Assembly: GCA_964016885.1 (NCBI GenBank)
Contig: OZ024741.1
Location: 108,314,001 to 108,378,000, forward strand
Length of the DNA: 64,000 nt
Reading direction: 5' to 3'
DNA from: Eledone cirrhosa
Lineage: Eukaryota
Shown one piece after another: positions 57,714-64,000 of this stretch (position 1 is its first letter; every line of letters begins with the position of its first letter). Position numbers and translations under genes: made by a program. The notes beneath the pieces were generated by a model. That model worked only from the letters and a program-made list of their open reading frames with translations. It had not been told where the DNA came from and searched no databases.

Positions 57714-59867
57714 CTACCCCCCCGGGTCATTATGGGGTTTGAGGGCGAGGTAAGTCCTACGCAATCTATGTTTACATGCAGTAACCAGTTCATCTTTCTT
57801 GTTTAGGAGTTGGTCCGTCGAAAACAGCATTTGTAAAGTTTCCTCCGAGCATAAATTGCACGGACGGCGTCCTCCCGTGTAAGAATTGGCTCTGGACAGT
57901 AATCTCCAAGTGAGATCATAGGTGATGTTGTTGTCCTTGAGGTCCCATATGTGGCCCGAAAGTGTAGTGGCGTGACGCCGGGCCGGGTTTCGGAAGGTAT
58001 GTCTATGTTGGTATAGCCGGGTCTTGAAGTCACATGCGGTAAGTCCTATATAGGCTTTGTTGGAGGTATCCGTCCTCACGTTGCACTGGTAGATCACATT
58101 ACGGTCTCTGCATCTATTGTCGAGTGGGCAAATAGATCTATCCGGGCAGTTACACCTCCTGGTCGGTTCTCCACTGCTATTTAGGTTATTTCTGCCATCG
58201 GGGTTGAGTTTTTTGTTGTTAGAGGAGACGATGTTTTGTGCGAAGTTTGGTGTAGTGCTGTAAGAGAGTTTGATGGTATTTTTGTTAATTATGTTGTGGT
58301 AGCGGTGTTGTAATGGGAAGTGTTTTTCAATGAGCCTAAAGAATAGTTTCCCGATGGGAGTAGTCACCTCTGCGTTGTGGGGAGGATTGAACCATGTTAC
58401 ATTGCGTGAGCGGCGGTGTCTCCTGCTGGTTCCGCTAATGGGATCTGGACAGTAGGATATTTCCTCCCGGAAACCACTCCGCTTGAGGGCCTGGTTGTAA
58501 TAAGGCGCATGTTCATCGAATATCCGCTCATTAGCTGACAAACGGGATATGCGGAGGGAGATGTTTTTGACCAGGTTGTTTGTGATGTTCCTAGGATGGT
58601 TTGATCGGCGGTGGATGTAGTGCAGATTGTCATTAGGTTTCCTGTATGGGTAGTACAGGTCGTTTTCGAGGTCGAGGGTTACGTCCAGGAAGTTTACTCG
58701 GGTCAGGGACGTTTGTAGGGTTATTTTAAATCCCCAGTCGCGGAAGAATCTGATTAATTGTTTCCGGACCCGATCTGTACTACTGGGGTTGTACCCTTTA
58801 AGGGTAAGGAGCCCATCATCACGGTACAATCCACCACCGAATGCAGGAAACATATCAGTGAGTTTGGCTATTAGGAATAATCCTATAAGATCAGTGACCT
58901 CCGCCGAATCCGTGGCGCCCATGCTGACGTCGAAGGGTGAGTCGGGAGCTCTTTTTATCCATTTAGAGTCGTCAAAGAGTAAGACTGTCTTCCTGGCGTG
59001 GAGGATGATTTTTCTTTCCTGGTCGGTGATGGGCACGAGTGTTTCGGCGAAGTCCAAGGCGGCAGTAAGTAGCGGTAAGGTGATTGAAGCATAGTAGCTC
59101 TCTATGTCGAACTGTATGAATTTAGTTTCTCGTTTATCCTCCATATTGCTGAACCAGGAGATTACTTCCTGGGTGTTGATCCATAGGCTAAGTCGGGTGT
59201 GTTGCTTGACTTTTGGTATCACGCGGTCTAGGATTTTTTTGCTGATTCTCCCTATGTCGGACTTCGTTGGGTTAATAAGCCTGATGGAGGGTTTACGGTC
59301 AAAATCGGATTTATGGTCCTTCAGTGTGAAGTATGGTGTCCGTGGGTCTAGAGGTTCCGTGCGGTCGGCGACCCCGAGGCTGGAGGTGATTTGTTGTCCA
59401 TCTCGATTTATGTCCTCGATGCAAGAGTGGTTGGCCTTTTTATAGGTGGAGTTTAGGCTGCTCCTGATCAGTGTGTGGTATCTGTCAGGGTTGACAAAGT
59501 ATAGGTTCCCAGTTTTATCCGAATGCACCATGATGTCATTTGTGTTATCATACTCTGTTAAGTTGCTACGGAGTTTTTGTAGGAATCGGTTGTGTCTGGG
59601 TTTAAATTTAATATTCTTGACCAGTTGGAAGAGGTCATTCTCGAAGGGTGCGAGCAAGGGGTTCAGGGGCGGAGATTTGTAGGTAATAAATCCGAATCTC
59701 TCCTTGGTGCCGAAGTCTTGGTTGTCGCAATATCTGTCATAGAAAAAAGTTCTCCATCTAAGTCTTTTCGCAAATAGATCAATTTTTTGCGTGAGCATCC
59801 GAAGGTAAAGTTTTTTCGGTGGGATTGGGATGTTCTTGGTAGAGAAGTCAATGTTGTGTTTTCGCAT
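57714..59867 (-). CDS. Intact Penelope-like element (Naiad-like) polyprotein: reverse transcriptase + Cys motif + C-terminal GIY-YIG endonuclease, 717 aa from first ATG
   Basis: Uninterrupted ORF; first ATG at 59867 (MRKHNIDFSTKNIPIP). Motifs: HSDKTGNLY, FIQFDIESYY, VSMGATDS, LYRDDGL, FLDVTL, SNHP, WFNPP, KLSYS, CNC-x5-CPL-x3-C, NVIYQC...AYIGLT...FKTRLYQH, CNLCSEE. The SxKNIP/DKT/CxC pattern resembles Naiad-type PLEs; clade is inferred. Confidence 0.95.
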   Translation of the reverse strand: MRKHNIDFSTKNIPIPPKKLYLRMLTQKIDLFAKRLRWRTFFYDRYCDNQDFGTKERFGFITYKSPPLNPLLAPFENDLFQLVKNIKFKPRHNRFLQKLRSNLTEYDNTNDIMVHSDKTGNLYFVNPDRYHTLIRSSLNSTYKKANHSCIEDINRDGQQITSSLGVADRTEPLDPRTPYFTLKDHKSDFDRKPSIRLINPTKSDIGRISKKILDRVIPKVKQHTRLSLWINTQEVISWFSNMEDKRETKFIQFDIESYYASITLPLLTAALDFAETLVPITDQERKIILHARKTVLLFDDSKWIKRAPDSPFDVSMGATDSAEVTDLIGLFLIAKLTDMFPAFGGGLYRDDGLLTLKGYNPSSTDRVRKQLIRFFRDWGFKITLQTSLTRVNFLDVTLDLENDLYYPYRKPNDNLHYIHRRSNHPRNITNNLVKNISLRISRLSANERIFDEHAPYYNQALKRSGFREEISYCPDPISGTSRRHRRSRNVTWFNPPHNAEVTTPIGKLFFRLIEKHFPLQHRYHNIINKNTIKLSYSTTPNFAQNIVSSNNKKLNPDGRNNLNSSGEPTRRCNCPDRSICPLDNRCRDRNVIYQCNVRTDTSNKAYIGLTACDFKTRLYQHRHTFRNPARRHATTLSGHIWDLKDNNITYDLTWRLLSRANSYTGGRRPCNLCSEETLQMLFSTDQLLNKKDELVTACKHRLRRTYLALKPHNDPGG

Positions 59868-60052
59868 GGTGCGGGTGAAATGAATTGAGCTTAGCGGAAA
59901 AGTCTGGATACGGCGTGGTAGGGTCGGAAAGTGCTCTACTACGGGAGTAGGAGCTAGATAACGAAGGAAATGTGGTAAGGAACCAGGTGGACCATAACGC
60001 ACCAAAGTACTCAATACTTGAGGTAGTAGAGTGGGTAATAGGAACCAGTAAG

Positions 60053-60146
60053 ACCCCGACAGCTGAGCTCAAGCCGTTTCGACGGCTAATTCTGGACTAA
60101 ATGAACATTTATCCTGGTATTTAAATAGCCGATCTTCTCAAGGGGT
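60053..60146 (-). ncRNA. Type I hammerhead ribozyme (U3:A8 variant, expanded stem II) in 5' pLTR of family A
   Basis: Minus strand: ACCCC-TTGAGAA-GA(T)CGGCTA...TAGCCGTC-GAAA-CGGCT-tgagctc-AGCTG-TC-GGGGT. All three helices pair; GUC cleavage triplet. Confidence 0.85.
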
Positions 60147-60297
60147 AATTCCATATATGGTCAAAGTGATTGTCAAAAATCAGTAGTAATTCTGTGGTTG
60201 CAAATTAGTAGGGGAGATGGTGGCTAAACCTGCCAGTAGGAGAAAGAGGGGAGGGGGTGGAGTAGACCCAATCAAGCGTTGGTAGTGCCAGCTACAG

Positions 60298-61830
60298 CCG
60301 CATGTGACTTCAAGACCCGGCTATACCAACATAGACATACCTTCCGAAACCCGGCCCGGCGTCACGCCACTACACTTTCGGGCCACATATGGGACCTCAA
60401 GGACAACAACATCACCTATGATCTCACTTGGAGATTACTGTCCAGAGCCAATTCTTACACGGGAGGACGCCGTCCGTGCAATTTATGCTCGGAGGAAACT
60501 TTACAAATGCTGTTTTCGACGGACCAACTCCTAAACAAGAAAGATGAACTGGTTACTGCATGTAAACATAGATTGCGTAGGACTTACCTCGCCCTCAAAC
60601 CCCATAATGACCCGGGGGGGTAGACTAGGGCTATAACACCCCAGTTGCCGATTTTGCAATGGGTAACCCCTGCTTGCCAAGGAAGACGTAAGATCTTCTT
60701 TGTATTCTTTTATCGCATCCTTTACTTCCTTCCCCCCTCTCTCCTTTGTCCTTCTACCCCAGCTCTTCTCCTTTGTCGGCGTCTTTTCTCGCCCACCCGA
60801 GGCTGCCCTTTGGCCCCATGTAGCCTTAGTACCCCCACTCCCCCCTCCCCTAGTCTTTGATAGATTTGGCGGACTCCGCCCTTTATAGCAGTTGGCTTAG
60901 ACCCCGGATACTTGCCCCCCTTTTCCGACCGCTCCCACTATTCTCTGTGCCCTCTATATTTCTTAGTGGCACTTATGCCTTATTTTTTCGTTTCAGTATT
61001 TCTTGCTTCGCTTTTCTTCTGGGCGGGGTGGATTCTGAACTTATTTCTCCGTATTCTACCTTTATTTCGTACGAACTTTCATGTAGCTTGTTTTAGATCT
61101 TTTAGAGTTAGCATTAGTATATATTTTTCCCGGGACTCTGAATTATTATGTCGTACAAGTTCACTTTGCTGCACTGGGTCGTCGCTGGCCCGGGATGGAA
61201 ACCTTTATTGTTTATTTCGTGGTAGTCTCTTTAGTATTTTGGCCCCTTTTGTTGACCAGTCACCGTATCATTTACGTACTTATACCTCTTAAAAGGGTCC
61301 TTGCCTAATTCGTCCCACCTAGTTCTTTTACTTATTTCCTTATTTATTTATTTATTTATTTATTTACTTCTTTCTTTCTTTCTTTATTTTATTCTCGCCT
61401 AACAATAGCCTGACACCTAGGTCGTAGAATTTAATTTTTTCTTTACACTTTTTTGCTTTTCTTCACTCTCAGTATTTTTTCTTTCCTATTTTTACCCCCC
61501 ATTGTTCTACCTACCGTTCCGACTTCCTCCCCCTCCCCCTCCCCTGTATCTTCTTTGACCTCATGCCCAGCTGTAGCTGGCACTACCAACGCTTGATTGG
61601 GTCTACTCCACCCCCTCCCCTCTTTCTCCTACTGGCAGGTTTAGCCACCATCTCCCCTACTAATTTGCAACCACAGAATTACTACTGATTTTTGACAATC
61701 ACTTTGACCATATATGGAATTACCCCTTGAGAAGATCGGCTATTTAAATACCAGGATAAATGTTCATTTAGTCCAGAATTAGCCGTCGAAACGGCTTGAG
61801 CTCAGCTGTCGGGGTCTTACTGGTTCCTAT
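60298..61830 (+). mobile_element. Inverted 5'-truncated arm of PLE family A (EN C-terminus, 3' UTR, pLTR)
   Basis: ORF 60279-60623 reproduces the C-terminal ~107 aa of the main ORF (ACDFKTRLY...HNDPGG). Junction at 60298 has 1-nt microhomology. Ends at ggttcctat|(TA)n. Confidence 0.92.
61722..61815 (+). ncRNA. Type I hammerhead ribozyme (U3:A8) in inverted pLTR of family A
   Basis: accccttgagaagatcggcta...tagccgtcgaaacggcttgagctcagctgtcggggt read directly on the + strand. Confidence 0.85.
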
Positions 61831-62224
61831 ATATATATATATATATATACGTCTATCTACCTGTCGCTCTGCCTGTTTATATATTTATGTATATTTCTAT
61901 CTATCTAACTATCTACCTATTCATGTATAAATGTATGTTTATATGCATGTCTGTATGTATGTATTTATGTATGTATGCACGAATCTATGTATGCATATAT
62001 GTATGTATGTATGTATGCATGTAGTATGTATGCATGTATGCATGTATGTACGTATGCATGTATGTATGTATTCATATATGTATATGTGTATGTATGTATA
62101 TATGTGTATGTATGTATGTATGCACGGATGGATGGATGGAATTGCGTAGAATGATCGAGAAAAAGTAAAACGTGGCAAACACAAGTGAAGGAGTACGTGT
62201 GTTTAAGCGCCTGTGTGTGTGTGT

Positions 62225-62258
<34 letters not shown>

Positions 62259-62489
62259 CTGTTTCTGTGATGTGCGAACGTGCTTGACTGCATGTGTTAG
62301 AATAGGTTGAGGTAACGGGAACAGTGCTGGTGTTGTTGTTGTTACTGCTGCTGAGGGAGTGATGTTGATGCTGTTGTTGTTGTTACTGATGGTGATGAGA
62401 TGATGGTGATGTTGTTGTTGTTGTTACTGCTGGTGATGAGATGATGGTGATGTTGTTGTTGTTACCGCTGGCGATGGGAGTGATGTTGA

Positions 62490-64000
62490 TGTTGGTGACA
62501 GTGGTGGTGGTGACAGTGGTGATGGTAGTGATGGTTGTGATGATGTTGGTGGTGGTGGTGACAGAGGTGATGGTAGTGATGGTTGTGATGTTGTTGGTGG
62601 TGGTGGTGACAGTGGTGATGGTAGTGATGGTTGTGATGATGTTGGTGGTGGTGGTGACAGTGGTGATGGTATTGATGGTTGTGATGATGTTGGTGGTGGT
62701 GGTGACAGTGGTGATGGTAGTGATGGTTGTGATGATGTTGGTGGTGGTGGTGACAGTGGTGATGGTAGTGATGGTTGTGATGTTGTTGTTGGTGGTGGTG
62801 GTGACAGTGGTGATGGTAGTGATGGTTGTGATGATGATGTTGGTGGTGGTGACAGTGGTGATGGTAGTGATGGTTGTGATGATGTTGGTGGTGGTGACAG
62901 TGGTGATGGTTGTGATGGTTGTGATGATGTTGGTCGTGGTGGTGACAGTGGTGATGGTAGTGATGGTTGTGATGATGTTGTTGGTGGTGGTGACAGTGGT
63001 GATGGTAGTGATGGTTGTGATGATGTTGGTGGTGGTGACAGTGGTGATGGTTGTGATGGTTGTGATGATGTTGGTCGTGGTGGTGACAGTGGTGATGGTA
63101 GTGATGATTGTGATGATGTTGTTGGTGGTGGTGACAGTGGTGATGGTAGTGATGGTCGTGATGATGTTGGTGGTGGTGACAGTGGTGATGGCAGTGATGG
63201 TTGTGATGATGATGTTGGTGGCGGTGACAGTGGTGATGGTAGTGATGGTCGTGATGATGTTGGTGGTGGTGACAGTGGTAATGGTAGTGATGGTTGTGAT
63301 GATGTTGGTGGCGGTGACAGTGGTGATGGTAGTGATGGTTGTAATGATGTTGGTGGTGGTGACAGTGGTGATGGTAGTGATGGTTGTGATGACGTTGGTG
63401 GTGGTGGTGACAGTGGTGATGGTAGTGATGGTTGTGATGATGTTGTTGTTGGTGGTGACAGTGGTGATGGTAGTGATGGTTGTGATGATGTTGTTGGTGG
63501 TGGTGACAGTGGTGATGGTAGTGATGGTTGTGATGTTGTTGTTGTTGGTGGTGACAGTGGTGATGGTAGTGATGGTTGTGATGTTGTTGGTGGTGGTGGT
63601 GACAGTGGTGATGGTAGTGATGGTTGTGATGTTGTTTTTGTTGGTGGTGACAGAGGTGATGGTAGTGATGGTTGTGATGATGTTGTTGTTGTTGGTGGTG
63701 ACAGTGGTGATGGTAGTGATGGTTGTGATGATGTTGTTGGTGGTGGTGACAGTGGTGATGGTAGTGATGGTTGTGATGTTGTTGTTGTTGGTGGTGACAG
63801 TGGTGATGGTATTGATGGTTGTGATGATGTTGGTGGTGGTGACAGTGGTGATGGTAGTGATGGTTGTGATGATGTTGGTGGTGGTGACAGTGGTGATGGT
63901 AGTGATGGTTGTGATGTTGTTGTTGTTGGTGGTGACAGTGGTGATGGTAGTGATGGTTGTGATGATGTTGGTGGTGGTGGTGGTGACAGTGGTGATGGTA
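62490..64000. repeat. Tandem satellite, ~45-bp unit GACAGTGGTGATGGTAGTGATGGTTGTGATGATGTT(GGT)3-4, running off the window
   Basis: Direct reading; unit length varies in multiples of 3. Confidence 0.95.

Larger units (their letters stand above)
56427..61830 (-). mobile_element. Young full-length PLE insertion (family A): direct pLTRs flanking ORF plus inverted 3' arm, embedded in (TA)n
   Basis: Direct repeats 56427-56767 and 59958-60298 (3531 bp period). 60298-61830 is an inverted copy of about 56507-58038 with only ~3 differences that I spotted. (TA)n on both flanks. Confidence 0.93.

Noticed and set aside
57714-59867. Selenoprotein-type Naiad (in-frame UGA plus SECIS)
   Set aside because: Some Naiads are reported to encode selenocysteine, but this ORF has no internal stop, and the family B interruption is TAG at a non-Cys position.
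59868-60014. 49-aa N-terminal extension [10 protein letters not shown]...
   Set aside because: It starts at TTG inside the pLTR tail. The first ATG at 59867 directly precedes the conserved N-terminal motif.
62490-64000. CRISPR-like or telomeric array
   Set aside because: No unique spacers and no TTAGGG-type unit; an ordinary triplet-derived satellite.

Overview
Eukaryotic, AT-rich and extremely microsatellite-rich DNA with no confidently identifiable host gene. The tRNA-derived SINE and the repeat landscape suggest an octopod cephalopod (inference). The window is dominated by Penelope-like retroelements (PLEs) inserted in (TA)n tracts. (1) An intact, very young Naiad-like PLE lies at 56427-61830: a 717-aa RT + Cys-motif + GIY-YIG ORF, direct pseudo-LTRs 3531 bp apart and a ~1.5 kb inverted arm. 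(2) An older copy of the same family lies at 18149-20769. (3) Two further PLE families lie at 13321-16705 and 11050-13297. (4) There are many 150-400 bp foldback remnants. Reading these by eye gives about 20 type I hammerhead ribozyme (HHR) motifs from roughly ten sequence families. Three families carry the uncommon U3:A8 core instead of C3:G8, and the intact element's HHR has a much expanded stem II. Two other oddities stand out: both copies of the main PLE family sit tail-to-tail against the same unrelated HHR cassette, and the PLE 3' UTR contains the 3' tail of the resident SINE. Also present are about 15 SINE copies, two decayed RTE-like LINEs, three mariner relics, Helitron-like ends, a ~6 kb 24-bp satellite and a ~45-bp satellite. 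All structures were read manually and none were computed.
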